Virus record (IMG/VR): IMGVR_UViG_3300045988_100160
Coordinates: 804-64,803 of that record
From: a virus
Direction: 5' to 3' (one strand)
Length of the DNA: 64,000 bases
Part shown: positions 42,701 to 52,145 of the stretch, piece by piece
Layout of the letters: each line of letters begins with the position of its first letter
Position numbering within the stretch: the stretch's first letter is position 1
Notes under the pieces: model-generated
What the model saw: the letters and a program-made list of their open reading frames with translations, nothing else
Told to the model about the DNA's origin: nothing
Databases searched by the model: none
Position numbers and translations under genes: made by a program

Positions 42701-43543
42701 GTCTTTTTTATAACAAGGTAGGACATCTGTTGTTTGTATCTTGTTCGGTGAATCTTGACAAATTACAGGGTCTACAAGTTCCCATCCGTCTTTTTGTAAG
42801 TCGGATAAATATGTATCACCCAAGATAATCTGATAGACTTTACCAAACGTATTACACGCAAGAGAATACTTGTCGTCAATCTTAGTATTATCTTCTGTTA
42901 AGAAAATGTATGTTTCTTTGCCGTTTGCTTTGAGAACCAACTTAGGAAATTTATTAAAGTCTTTATAGTCAATATCGTCTTGATAAATGGATTGTTGTGA
43001 TGTAGATGGTAATTGTACTATACCTCTAAAGCCTTTAGACGGTGCAGAACCGCCTGTGATTTGAGCGGTTGCATCTTGCCATTTATTATTACGGATGCCA
43101 AATATATTGACTTTCTTCGATACAGAACCACCGTTTTTAATCGGCAGTAAATATCCGTTGGCAGTTGCACCGAAGAAGCCATCAATTTCACCCTCACCAA
43201 CAATAACATGCTTTAGTAATTTACGACCGTTAACATCCATATGATGATACGTTTGTAAACCGCCAGCTTTAGACTGACCGTAAATAATTGGGATTGTGCC
43301 CTCAGATGTCACTTGGTTATTCTTAGAGTCAAACGTAGACTCTGGTGTATGATTCTTTTGTTTATCAAACAGTCCACCAATGGCAGAGCCAAGAGATAAA
43401 CCATACATGGCTGCGGTAAATGCTTTTACACCACCTAGGAACGCCCATGGAGCACCAGCACCAAAGCCAAAGGCGATAGCCGCAGCAAGTCCAAGGAATT
43501 TACCAACACGACCTTTACCGCCTTTTCCTCCGCCTTTACCCAT
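39704..43543 (-). CDS. host-specificity / central tail fiber protein (lambda gpJ-like)
   Basis: 1279 aa. The motif NPAVCLYDYLTNDVYGAGKYI resembles the conserved J-family NPA..lYDlLtn.rYG.G. Gly-rich hydrophobic N-terminus. Confidence 0.8.
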   Translation of the reverse strand: MGKGGGKGGKGRVGKFLGLAAAIAFGFGAGAPWAFLGGVKAFTAAMYGLSLGSAIGGLFDKQKNHTPESTFDSKNNQVTSEGTIPIIYGQSKAGGLQTYHHMDVNGRKLLKHVIVGEGEIDGFFGATANGYLLPIKNGGSVSKKVNIFGIRNNKWQDATAQITGGSAPSKGFRGIVQLPSTSQQSIYQDDIDYKDFNKFPKLVLKANGKETYIFLTEDNTKIDDKYSLACNTFGKVYQIILGDTYLSDLQKDGWELVDPVICQDSPNKIQTTDVLPCYKKDVFFTTNGEQDAKESTVVLYDGKHDAEAPSTYKTTGGYPNIAYMVADLRYTDKMGAGNPTITAIVRGRKVYDWRTGKTEYSKNPAVCLYDYLTNDVYGAGKYITPEVLDMESFTDVANYCDEVITYNDPYGVTKSEKRYELDIILNETKSHLENMQSILNSFLGFVVFSNNKIKLRCERLETPVYAFNDDNIVENSLSYKGASIEQSPNKFNLTYVEPALDYTAVKLIVEDATNQLPPPIGIGRPVEQDIEFKGVRRQTQCLRLGKIARDIIRLCPITVTFKTGLMASHLEAGDVVTVTKTYIDENGEKQTLFENQQVRIVEMKEEDGTFEISAKQYNPSIYDDAFGASLKVFAPTGDNSKEINLTPETVKPVENVSVEQVYRQKVNGVPTYDAMLVFTEPNDINYGYSQVSVQIERDGVLGDWKVYGISHGIMPVIGLKKNDKVHFRIIPYDSKELPHEESMVTYIYTIVPKVGNPSAPENVVIRFTKENATISWKRVTTADIDRYEVRSSDSLSTDNLLLMTSEISGEIDLSRIGRNGTVWVYAVNSEEIYSAPTKYGYNLPKPTAPSVTIKSFLQSFRVNYNAIPKGCEAVVRIDGTDYRTKEPLFVYNSDGGLYNVSVAFEDYFGLGEFSPEQTVQVKATIDAEMLDREALGLTTIENFVSTLSDKVDGIKNDVTANTTKISNTENTLRSEITQSKNGILTQVNAIDGRLTQMVQTVYGISSSVQKKIDDAKSEMSSQLTQTASAIQLKVEENLTGDKLVSKINLSSAGTLIDGRLLHVTGQAKFDDNIITDKMLQANAVTADKIKADSLSAISANLGDVHSGTIISSTIRNDNGTFSVDPNGNIRGANITGSTISADSIINAGFKVKNIDYAILTVAHGQDVPPIGNYSVSECTFVPIGYNFTEKHIRDGSTSSGRREWDRQWDRMVKGCTVYLQGNQPNNNDNGFIVGLQGRKAVCQSKYVIKYTSGGNGGNDWINNFLAFGVLYVLVIGKKG

Positions 43544-43557
43544 ATGTCACCTGCTTT

Positions 43558-44376
43558 CTATGTTCTGACTGTAAATTCAAATGGCACAGACAAGAATCCT
43601 GCATATCGTTTTTGATTGTTATGTCGCTTGCAGTCAGATGGAGTTTTGTCACACCCAGCTTGTACCGTACATTGTTTATTTAATAAAAAGTTTGTCGCCT
43701 GTAATAACGGATATTCTAATTTAACAGTTTTATTAGTAATAAAACCAACGATTTTTCTTGCTTCACCCTCAACGATTAATACACCATTGGTATAGTCTTG
43801 TTCAGACACCGTGGTATTTAACGTAACTTCATATCCGTTGTTAGTTTGTTGTATATTTGTAATTGTTGGTGTCATTTGTTTAACAACGGCTTTACATGAT
43901 GCATCGCCAAATACAGATGTGCAAGAATATTGCGTTCTGCGACCACCACGCACGTTCGGAACATCGCTTGTGACTGTTACCTTAAAGATGCCGTCACTAG
44001 ATAGTTCAGGTGAGTCAACTCGACCCATAAACACAGGTTTAATCAATCGATTATTCGCAAGAGACTCAGGATATAAAATCCTGTAGATATAGATGCGACT
44101 ACCTGTGAATGGTATGCCTTTGAACAACAGTTGAGTAAACTTATCAGTAGCATTAGAAATTTCTAATTCGCATGAGTCGATAGAACTGTCAACGGTTTTA
44201 TTGATTTCCCCTCGGCGGATTGGTAACGCCAAGTAAGTGTTGCCGTTGAATTGTATATTTATATCACATGAGCATAAATATAATGTCATGTTAGGAATGT
44301 GCACTTCGTAAAGTTCGATGTCAAACACCGAACCGCTTTCCAAAGCATCACGAAACGCAACAGGTAGATTAATCAT
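43558..44376 (-). CDS. tail tip protein, gpL-like (DUF2163/BR0599-type C-terminus)
   Basis: C-terminal CDKTPSDCKRHNNQKRYAGFLSVP matches the remembered BR0599 Cys motif. Lies upstream of the J-like gene. Confidence 0.6.
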   Translation of the reverse strand: MINLPVAFRDALESGSVFDIELYEVHIPNMTLYLCSCDINIQFNGNTYLALPIRRGEINKTVDSSIDSCELEISNATDKFTQLLFKGIPFTGSRIYIYRILYPESLANNRLIKPVFMGRVDSPELSSDGIFKVTVTSDVPNVRGGRRTQYSCTSVFGDASCKAVVKQMTPTITNIQQTNNGYEVTLNTTVSEQDYTNGVLIVEGEARKIVGFITNKTVKLEYPLLQATNFLLNKQCTVQAGCDKTPSDCKRHNNQKRYAGFLSVPFEFTVRT

Positions 44377-44387
44377 ACATCCTCCTG

Positions 44388-44762
44388 TTAGATTACTTTT
44401 TCAATTTGTACGCTTGCCGTAAACCCAACGGCATTACCGTGTGTGCCATTCTCGATTGTAAAGTCTCGTAGCACTTTTAGATTGAACTCGTTGGTTGCAA
44501 AACGGCAGATTTGTTCTTTACCAAACTCATCGGTAAACACAAAATGTCTTGTGTTACCACCAACAGTTTCACAAAAGTCTTCAAATGTCTTTTGTTGTTC
44601 TGTTGTTCCTCGTAACGAGATATTCCAAGTTCTTGTCGGTGTTACCGCATTTTGTCGTACTTGTTTTTTACCACTTGCGAATACAACTTCTTGTGTAGCG
44701 AACTTGAGACCTTTTTCAACCTCGAATATATACGGTAAAGGAAACTTAGGTAAATTAGCCAT
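44388..44762 (-). CDS. minor/distal tail protein (gpM-like by position)
   Basis: Track ORF. Assigned by synteny only. Confidence 0.4.
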   Translation of the reverse strand: MANLPKFPLPYIFEVEKGLKFATQEVVFASGKKQVRQNAVTPTRTWNISLRGTTEQQKTFEDFCETVGGNTRHFVFTDEFGKEQICRFATNEFNLKVLRDFTIENGTHGNAVGFTASVQIEKVI

Positions 44763-45181
44763 TAGTTATTCCTTTCTTGACGGAAACCACAATAGAATAA
44801 TGGTTGCCAATAACTGCGTTTAAAAACAGCAGATAACGACTTATCGGTGATACATGGAACTTGCATCGCCAGTATTTGTCCATTTTGTAAATAAATTCCT
44901 GTATGTAAATCACCATCAACATTGAATACCACAACATCACCATGTTGTAAATCATTCGCATCTCTGACCTTATTAAAGTATTTCAATAAGTATCGTAAGA
45001 GTCGCATTTGATGGTTCTTGTGAAAATCTTCACACGACACAGGGTCTTTCTTCCCATCATCAAAACAATGTGTATATCCATGGTCTTTATACCACATTCT
45101 ACATACATCAGCACAATGGTATTGACCTTTTGATTTATCAAAGCCATATTTCAACCCAAGGTATTTCGTTATGTCTTCCAT
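44762..45181 (-). CDS. NlpC/P60-family tail-associated peptidase (gpK-like)
   Basis: Catalytic-Cys context YHCADVCRMWY and His context DLHTGIYLQNGQILA. Confidence 0.65.
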   Translation of the reverse strand: MEDITKYLGLKYGFDKSKGQYHCADVCRMWYKDHGYTHCFDDGKKDPVSCEDFHKNHQMRLLRYLLKYFNKVRDANDLQHGDVVVFNVDGDLHTGIYLQNGQILAMQVPCITDKSLSAVFKRSYWQPLFYCGFRQERNN

Positions 45182-45205
45182 ATGACCTCCAAAGTAAAAA
45201 ATAAT

Positions 45206-45225
45206 AGAGGGGTAAATACCCCTCT
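45206..45225 (-). terminator. hairpin plus T-run between the tape measure and P60 genes
   Basis: agagggg-taaata-cccctct followed by ATTATTTTTT on the minus strand. Confidence 0.65.
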
Positions 45226-45259
45226 ATCTATAGTATCAAACATTCGACTTTTGTAACAC
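45222..45259 (-). promoter_or_regulatory. 38-nt conserved late-promoter-like element, copy 3
   Basis: On the minus strand it reads GTGTTACAAAAGTCGAATGTTTGATACTATAGATAGAG. It aligns with 59189-59227 and 61130-61167. Confidence 0.5.
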
Positions 45260-45263
45260 GATT

Positions 45264-48200
45264 TTATGATTGTTTTAATTTCCCCAATGCAATGAGTTTT
45301 TGGTATTTAGACAAGAAATCTTGGTCGGATATTGTTTGTTTTACAAACACAGGTTGAGCAATAGATTGTTGTGAACCAGAACTATTGTTCGCCATATAGT
45401 TCATACCCTTAGTCATAGCGTTGGTATTAGCAACCATTTGGTTCATTAATCGGTCTTGTCTCTTAGTTGCATCCGACATCGCACCATGTTTTGTTTCCTC
45501 ATGTTGCCACTTCGGTTCGATACCACTTGTTACACCGACCCCAAGGTCTTTTGCCGCTTGATTAAGTAATTGACGACCTCGTGCTTTATCTGAGGTAGGA
45601 ATAATCCATTCTTTTTTACCACCCTCACCAACACGGACTAATTGGTCTTTATCAACAGAACCGCCACCAGCGAATTTTAACAAGCCAAACTGTTTAGCAA
45701 AACCCATGACAGTACTAAGTGTACCCATCCATTTGTTATTACCACCGCCAGCAATCTTCATGCCAGCATTGATATATTGAGATACATCGGTTTTACCGTC
45801 TTTATCTGTGGCGTTCTCTGGTAAGTCTACCTTGGATGCATCGCCTTGGACATTACCATATATTACCGCATCGGTAAATGTCGCTTGTTGCCAAGCAGTA
45901 CCGTTTTGTGTATTAGCCATGAATGTCTCAAAGTTTTTATCAAGATTTCGTGTCGATTGAGCAGTTAACATTTGATGGTCTAGACTTTCGTCAATACCTC
46001 CAATGTTTTTACCGTCTTTACCATCGCCACCCAACACAGGATTGATACCTTTTTGATATTTCTTATCGAATCTCTTTAGTAAGTTCTGTAGCAAACCACC
46101 ATTACCGTCTTGGATTTTAAATATCATTTTTAAGGCATCTTCGGCAAGTTGTTTCCACAAGTCTTTCCAAATGTCTTTAAACTTTTTACCCTCAAATAAC
46201 AATCCATGGAATACATCGTGCGTTTGTTGCTTGATGTTCTTATTGAGTGAATTACCTGTTTTCTTGATTTGAACCTCTAGCTTCTTGAGTTCAAGACCAG
46301 TCTTACGGATGTCAGCATCAGTATATTCAGAGTCACCACGTTTAAATGCCTCAACCATGTCATGATATTTCTTGGTTTTGATTGTGTATTCTTCAACCAA
46401 GCGGTTGACTGTTCGCAAGTCAGATACCCAGAAGTTTTCAGATATGCCTGCAATCTCACGGTCTAAGTCTTCGCTTTCATGACGGTCTTTCATCATTTGT
46501 GTGGCTTCGTCATAGTCTTTGTCACGATATTTATCTTGAAGACGGTGAGTCATGGTTGCTTCGTATTTCTTCATGGTTTCTTGAAGACTCTTGACATTGG
46601 CTTGAGGATTGAGCTTTAATAACTCATCAATCTCTTTTTGCATGCCCTTTAGCTTTTCAGTCAAAGCCGCAGTCTCTTGTGCAAAATCAGCTTGCTGTTT
46701 TGGTTTCATGGCGTTTTCCATCTCAAGCTGAGTTTTGGCAAGTTTTAAGGCGATGTTTTCAATCTTCTTTTGCTTGTCTATGATTTTGTTCGCACGATTA
46801 TCAGCGGTTTTGTCCTCATCGCCATAACCGTTGTCAGCCAAGGCACGAGCCTTTTGTTGTCTTACCCAGTTATGCTCTTGTGAAGACCGCTCAACGTATT
46901 GGTCGAAGTAAGATGCGTATTCTTCTGGTGTGTTATTGACAGCTTTACTTAAAACTTTTTGCCAATTATCTCGTTCTTTATGTTGCAGCTCATACACAAG
47001 GAACGCAAGTTGTGTTTCAAAAGCAGTATAATCAGAGCCGTTTTCTCTTGCGAACTCTTTTAGGTCTTCCAACCGACTATCTTGCCATTGAGCAATACCA
47101 AAAGCATGACCGTCTGATGCCGTTGGGTCTAGGCTATCATATGACTCTACTTGTAGATTACCGACAATACCATACGCTTGGTTTGGAGTAAAACCCTGTT
47201 TTATCAAGAAGTCAATAGCTGCACCAACTCGTGTTTCTGCCAAAGGGTTCTTTTCTTTCTTGCTTGAGGATTTACCATTTTTCCCTTTAGAGTCTTCGCC
47301 TGCTCCATCAGGTATTTCACTACGAGTGTAATTACCTGTGTTGCCACCACCGACAGTACCATCGCCTGTATGACCTGAACTTGCAGTCATGTTCAATTCA
47401 TTCAGTTTTTCCGCTTGTTCAACCTTAATGTTTGCAATTGCTCGTGCATTAAGTTTAGCGATGGCATCTTGAGCCTCAGATTGCCATTGTTGAGCCATCG
47501 ACAGAGACTCTTGAGAGATATGCATTTGTCGTTCTAAATCAGATGCTCTGTTTTCAAACGCTTGTGCACCTTGCATGTCACCCTCTGCTCGTCTTGCTTC
47601 GGCTTCGGCTTTATCTTCCTCAAGTTGTTTCTTGAGTTCGTCAATCTTGGCGGTCGCACGTTTTTCTTTCCACTCGCCAATGATTTGTAACAGCTTAGCA
47701 TAAGCCAGTTGAGCAAGACCGACCCAACCAATGTACTCTTTCAGCAACGCCATCCGTCTAATCCATCCTGTCTCTTCACTTTTGAGAGACTCGATGTTTT
47801 CATTAGTTGCCGCTCTTAATTGATTTGCGGTTTCAGCGATTGCCGCACGTTCATCCTTGGCAGACTTCTCAAGTTCTTCTTTCTTGCGTGTAATAGCATT
47901 TTGTGCTCTTTGGCTTTGTTCTTCTGCACTATCTGCGGCAAGCACATAAGCAGTTTCTTCTTCGCCAAGTATCGCAATAAGACCTTGTTCTGTTTCATGG
48001 ATTTGGTTTTGTAACAGCATGCGTTCTTGTTCTGTTGTTGCAGTATCAGCGATTTTTTCTTTCAGTCTTGCATGAATAGTGATATATTGTTCTGCAACAC
48101 CTCTAGCCTCTTCCATACGAGATGCCGTTTCTTCGTATTGTTGAGCAAGTTTTTGATGAGTAGAATAATCTTCATACAACGTTTTAGTAGTATCTTGAGA

Positions 48201-50240
48201 TGCATTGTAGACATCCATTAATACATCTGCAACCAATGCAAGTGTCATAACGATGCCAAGCCATCCGCCTGCCATCATTTTCAAGCCAGAACCAACACCA
48301 CGGATTGCACCGCTTGTTGTTGCCATCGCACGACCAACACCGCTTGTCGCAACAGATGCCTCTTGTGCGGCAACAATGTATTTATTAACATGTGTTGTTG
48401 CAGTAGACCACAACCGAGAAACATTCTTAAGTACAAATTGGCTGACTTGACCGTATCTACGTTGGACAATCAAGGCGGCAACCGTTGCACCAACAATAGT
48501 ATACATTGAGGTTGGAACAGAGTCAAGCCATTGTAATAAGCCTAGTACAATATCTAGTGCACCCTTAAAGGCTTTACCCATCGTATGGCTACTAGAGGTC
48601 ATTTTCTCCCATTGAGCAGACACTTGTTTTAATTTGGTTTCAATGGTATCGAGTTGCATACCAACTTGTGCATTTGTGAAACCCATAGAAGAAGACGATT
48701 GCTTTAATGCCTCAAGGTATTCATTGAGGTCTAACATGGCATCGGCTTTATTCCATTGCCATTTACCACCAGAGATTGCCTTGAGGAGACCCTCCATGGA
48801 CTCTTTAGACCCTTGTGCTTTAATCATTAAATCAAGCAACACATCGTCAACCTTACGGAATGATTTTTCGCCGTTCTCTCCGACTTTGTAAACTTCGATA
48901 CCAAACTCTTGTAATGCAGTAATCGCTTTCTTAGAGTGAATAGAACCGAAAATAGATTTCAAGGCGTTACCGATTTCACCACCCTCAGCTTGTGTCTTCC
49001 TAGCCATTACAGCAACGAGTGCTTGTGCAGAATGGAATGATACACCAACTTCGGCGGCAGATTGTGCCATACGTTTGTTAGCCTCGGATAATGTTTGTGC
49101 AGATACCGTGTAGTTATGAGCCAATGCAGTCCATGAGTCAATAATGCGATTTGATACAGACATGGCATCATTAGCATTGTGGATTTGGAAACCCCATTGC
49201 ATGATTGAAGACTCAAGTGCTTTATTGGCAGATACAATGTCGAACGCATCGGCAACCGCAAGTTTGGTGGCTGCATCTGTCAACGCAAGAACAGTATTGT
49301 TATCTTTATATGCACGACCCCATAACTTAGCAGACTCAATCATTTCATGGCTTGTTGTGCCATACTTAACAGCAAGGCTTTGTAATTTACTTTGCATTTC
49401 CTCAAGTTCATGCTTGAAGTGTTCTGCCTCTTGCCCTGATAGTTGAAGACCATTAATCATATGTGATGGGTCAACTTCCATAAGGCTTTTGGCAAAAGCA
49501 TTAGTCTGACCTGTACCGTGTTTCATTACTTGAGCGAAACCAGCCATATCCTTTTCAACATGAGCCATTTGTGTGAAGCTTTGGATGGTCTTGTCTAAAG
49601 CAAAAGATGCAACCATTCGTGTTGCCAAATAACCAAGTCTATGACCTACATTTTCTGTGTCAATACCCCATTGCTTTAAAAAACCAATGTGCTCTCTTGT
49701 TGCCAAGTTAACAGCTTTTTGTGCTTGATATAACTTCTGCAATTCAGCATTTAACGCTCGTGCATTTTGAGCGTATGCCATCGGATTTGATGCAAAATTC
49801 TGTCTATAGTTTTCTTCGGCTTGTCGCTTTAAGTTTGCAATCTGACCTGAGAAAGACTGCTCTTTTGCAACCATGGTTGACCGTTGTAATGCTTGCCCTA
49901 GTTTTTCAATATTACGAGATGCATCAGTGACTTCTTTAGAGACACCTTTAGTCATATCTCTTACGTTTGAAAATTGGGAGACAACACGCCCAAGTGACCC
50001 TGTAAGTTTGTCGCTACTGTCGGATGCAGTTTTAAGACTACGGTCTAATTGTGCGGCATAATCGGTTAATTTCTTAAATTGGTCGCCACCCGCTTTAACA
50101 TTGATGGAAATATCTTTTACATTCTTAAGACGACCGATTGCTTTGTCAAGTTCGTTAAGACCAGATATAACCTTTTTGGTATCATCATGAATATTGCCAT
50201 AATTGACCTTTATGTCATATCCGAATTTTTTATTAGCCAT
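45264..50240 (-). CDS. tail tape measure protein with embedded tail-lysozyme domain
   Basis: 1658 aa, coiled-coil-rich with hydrophobic central segments. A segment around 46975-47228, VGAAIDFLIKQGFTPNQAYGIVGNLQVES...GIAQW, resembles the phage tail lysozyme domain. Confidence 0.9.
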   Translation of the reverse strand: MANKKFGYDIKVNYGNIHDDTKKVISGLNELDKAIGRLKNVKDISINVKAGGDQFKKLTDYAAQLDRSLKTASDSSDKLTGSLGRVVSQFSNVRDMTKGVSKEVTDASRNIEKLGQALQRSTMVAKEQSFSGQIANLKRQAEENYRQNFASNPMAYAQNARALNAELQKLYQAQKAVNLATREHIGFLKQWGIDTENVGHRLGYLATRMVASFALDKTIQSFTQMAHVEKDMAGFAQVMKHGTGQTNAFAKSLMEVDPSHMINGLQLSGQEAEHFKHELEEMQSKLQSLAVKYGTTSHEMIESAKLWGRAYKDNNTVLALTDAATKLAVADAFDIVSANKALESSIMQWGFQIHNANDAMSVSNRIIDSWTALAHNYTVSAQTLSEANKRMAQSAAEVGVSFHSAQALVAVMARKTQAEGGEIGNALKSIFGSIHSKKAITALQEFGIEVYKVGENGEKSFRKVDDVLLDLMIKAQGSKESMEGLLKAISGGKWQWNKADAMLDLNEYLEALKQSSSSMGFTNAQVGMQLDTIETKLKQVSAQWEKMTSSSHTMGKAFKGALDIVLGLLQWLDSVPTSMYTIVGATVAALIVQRRYGQVSQFVLKNVSRLWSTATTHVNKYIVAAQEASVATSGVGRAMATTSGAIRGVGSGLKMMAGGWLGIVMTLALVADVLMDVYNASQDTTKTLYEDYSTHQKLAQQYEETASRMEEARGVAEQYITIHARLKEKIADTATTEQERMLLQNQIHETEQGLIAILGEEETAYVLAADSAEEQSQRAQNAITRKKEELEKSAKDERAAIAETANQLRAATNENIESLKSEETGWIRRMALLKEYIGWVGLAQLAYAKLLQIIGEWKEKRATAKIDELKKQLEEDKAEAEARRAEGDMQGAQAFENRASDLERQMHISQESLSMAQQWQSEAQDAIAKLNARAIANIKVEQAEKLNELNMTASSGHTGDGTVGGGNTGNYTRSEIPDGAGEDSKGKNGKSSSKKEKNPLAETRVGAAIDFLIKQGFTPNQAYGIVGNLQVESYDSLDPTASDGHAFGIAQWQDSRLEDLKEFARENGSDYTAFETQLAFLVYELQHKERDNWQKVLSKAVNNTPEEYASYFDQYVERSSQEHNWVRQQKARALADNGYGDEDKTADNRANKIIDKQKKIENIALKLAKTQLEMENAMKPKQQADFAQETAALTEKLKGMQKEIDELLKLNPQANVKSLQETMKKYEATMTHRLQDKYRDKDYDEATQMMKDRHESEDLDREIAGISENFWVSDLRTVNRLVEEYTIKTKKYHDMVEAFKRGDSEYTDADIRKTGLELKKLEVQIKKTGNSLNKNIKQQTHDVFHGLLFEGKKFKDIWKDLWKQLAEDALKMIFKIQDGNGGLLQNLLKRFDKKYQKGINPVLGGDGKDGKNIGGIDESLDHQMLTAQSTRNLDKNFETFMANTQNGTAWQQATFTDAVIYGNVQGDASKVDLPENATDKDGKTDVSQYINAGMKIAGGGNNKWMGTLSTVMGFAKQFGLLKFAGGGSVDKDQLVRVGEGGKKEWIIPTSDKARGRQLLNQAAKDLGVGVTSGIEPKWQHEETKHGAMSDATKRQDRLMNQMVANTNAMTKGMNYMANNSSGSQQSIAQPVFVKQTISDQDFLSKYQKLIALGKLKQS

Positions 50241-50254
50241 TCATTTTCTCCATT

Positions 50255-50850
50255 CTATTCAGATGAATACCCAGAACTCAAAAGACCACGGATGGCATCT
50301 GCCCCTGTGACGGAATTTGAGTCCACGAAAGAGTCACCATCTGACTCATCCATTTTATTGTTTTCGTTTAAAGCGGTAGATAGACCCTCAAGTTCTGGCA
50401 AGGTATATGCCATGAGACTTGCCTTTGTTTCACTCGTGTGTTGAACTAGGGATGCGATTACATTGTCGAGTCCGCCATCGCCTGTAGATTGCTCAGTATC
50501 TTTTTTTTTAAACCTGAGATACACATGTATTCGTCTAAGATTTCAACACCACTCTCAAGGTCAACAACATTCATGACCTCTTTCCTAGGGATATGCAACG
50601 CAAGTTCAAATAATTCACACATGGCATTAAATGCCACATAATCATATTTCACTTTACCATTCTTATCAAGTTCAAACGTACCATCATCTTTAGTGATTGG
50701 TGTTGGTAAATTCAAATATAAGTACTTGTCATTAATCTTAGACAACAATCGTTCCACTTTTGCATAGTCACCCAAAATCATTGGATGTATTTGATATTCT
50801 TTCCCATTTAACTCAACATATTTACTCTTAGGAATTAATGTGTCTGTCAT
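50255..50850 (-). CDS. tail assembly chaperone G-T fusion made by -1 frameshift
   Basis: The ORF 50255..50524 lies in the -1 frame relative to 50458..50850 and overlaps it at an A9 run. Confidence 0.6.
50458..50850 (-). CDS. tail assembly chaperone (gpG-like)
   Basis: Assigned from its position between the tail tube and tape measure genes, plus the frameshift architecture. Confidence 0.65.
   Translation of the reverse strand: MTDTLIPKSKYVELNGKEYQIHPMILGDYAKVERLLSKINDKYLYLNLPTPITKDDGTFELDKNGKVKYDYVAFNAMCELFELALHIPRKEVMNVVDLESGVEILDEYMCISGLKKKILSNLQAMADSTM
50500..50514 (-). promoter_or_regulatory. slippery site GGTTTAAAAAAAAAG for -1 programmed frameshift
   Basis: Nine A residues on the minus strand (plus-strand T-run 50501-50509), deduced from both track translations (..GLKKKILS.. 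versus ..RFKKKDTEQ..). Confidence 0.6.
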
Positions 50851-50877
50851 TTGTTAAATCTCCATATACAAAAAATA

Positions 50878-50898
50878 GGGGCATCGTAAAGATGCCCC
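50878..50898 (-). terminator. terminator/attenuator after the tail tube gene
   Basis: ggggcatc-gtaaa-gatgcccc followed by TATTTTTT on the minus strand. Confidence 0.7.
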
Positions 50899-50906
50899 CA
50901 TAAGTA

Positions 50907-51707
50907 TTACTGAATTTCTTGAGTGATTTCCAAGATTTTACCGTCAGTACGAGTAGTATCGTACATAACTTCAAACTCCAACTGAGGAGCAGATGCTTTT
51001 TGACGTTCGTGGTCGATGTCCATTTTACCTGTCGCACGAGCACGGAAGATATGAGTATGAAGAACAACTTTTTTGCCATCTCCCATATCAACAGGGTTGG
51101 AAACGTGGCGGATTTCCACGAATTGAGGAACAGATGTTGCTTTCATTGTTGCACGACGAGAAGTTGTGTCAGTACGTAAACCAGATACTTCGATGTATTT
51201 GTTTGTTACAGACTCACCCAAAGTGATTGCACCGCTTGCAGTAATTGTGAACTCACCAGCAGATGGAAGTTGAGATTTAACATATTTTAGTGTCACACGT
51301 TCGTCTTCCATTTGAACATCATTCGCAAGTACAACGATTGTGTCCTCTGGAATAACATTGGACACATTTGGTACAGTAAATGTAGTACCGCTTGCAATCA
51401 ATGTAGGTTCAACGCTAAAGATTAGAGTACCTTTATTGTCGATTTCAGCACCAGTTGTCACACCTAAGTAGTCAAGGTTGAAACGTGCTTCAGTAAAGGA
51501 AGCAGATACAGAGGACTCTTTATTCAAGATATAGATTGGTGGTAAGGCATCTGAGCCATACACCTTCTCGTCAGAGGAACTGAAAGATAGTTTCATTGTT
51601 TGAAGTGTACCGAGTTTATAGGCTTCAACTTTGCCGTTGACAACCCTTTTCGCCCAAGCTTCACCTACACCGTTCAATACAAAGTTTTTACCAGTTTGTG
51701 TAGCCAT
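50907..51707 (-). CDS. major tail tube protein
   Basis: Assigned from its position upstream of the chaperones, a strong RBS and a terminator after it. There is no sheath gene. Confidence 0.6.
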   Translation of the reverse strand: MATQTGKNFVLNGVGEAWAKRVVNGKVEAYKLGTLQTMKLSFSSSDEKVYGSDALPPIYILNKESSVSASFTEARFNLDYLGVTTGAEIDNKGTLIFSVEPTLIASGTTFTVPNVSNVIPEDTIVVLANDVQMEDERVTLKYVKSQLPSAGEFTITASGAITLGESVTNKYIEVSGLRTDTTSRRATMKATSVPQFVEIRHVSNPVDMGDGKKVVLHTHIFRARATGKMDIDHERQKASAPQLEFEVMYDTTRTDGKILEITQEIQ

Positions 51708-51725
51708 TAAGTATTTCTCCTGTAA

Positions 51726-52145
51726 TTAAGACCAAGTAAATGGTCGAACTCTAAACATATAACCAATGAGACCTGCTGTGCCTGTTGAGAATGAACCCTC
51801 GGCATACACAGACATATCTTCATAATGTTGTTTCAATAATTTATTCAGGTGGATATATAAGTCATTCATAAGTTTACGATTGTTACTGCGACCAATAAGT
51901 CGAAACTCAAGCATATTCTTATTTACCATCCAATTCTTTGTTCCACCAACGGATGGTATAAATGACATAACAAAGTAAATCTCTTGTTTTTCATCGACAA
52001 GTTCAGCACCTGCTAACCCTCGTCTCATTTTTGTGTTCCATTCAGCAAGACTCGTTGGGTCTTTCACCCTTAGTAACATAGCCAAGGTTTCATCCTTGCG
52101 GAATAAATCCCATATTTCATCTAATAGTTGTACCGTATACTTCAT
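51726..52145 (-). CDS. tail terminator / tail completion protein (by position)
   Basis: Synteny only. Confidence 0.4.
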   Translation of the reverse strand: MKYTVQLLDEIWDLFRKDETLAMLLRVKDPTSLAEWNTKMRRGLAGAELVDEKQEIYFVMSFIPSVGGTKNWMVNKNMLEFRLIGRSNNRKLMNDLYIHLNKLLKQHYEDMSVYAEGSFSTGTAGLIGYMFRVRPFTWS

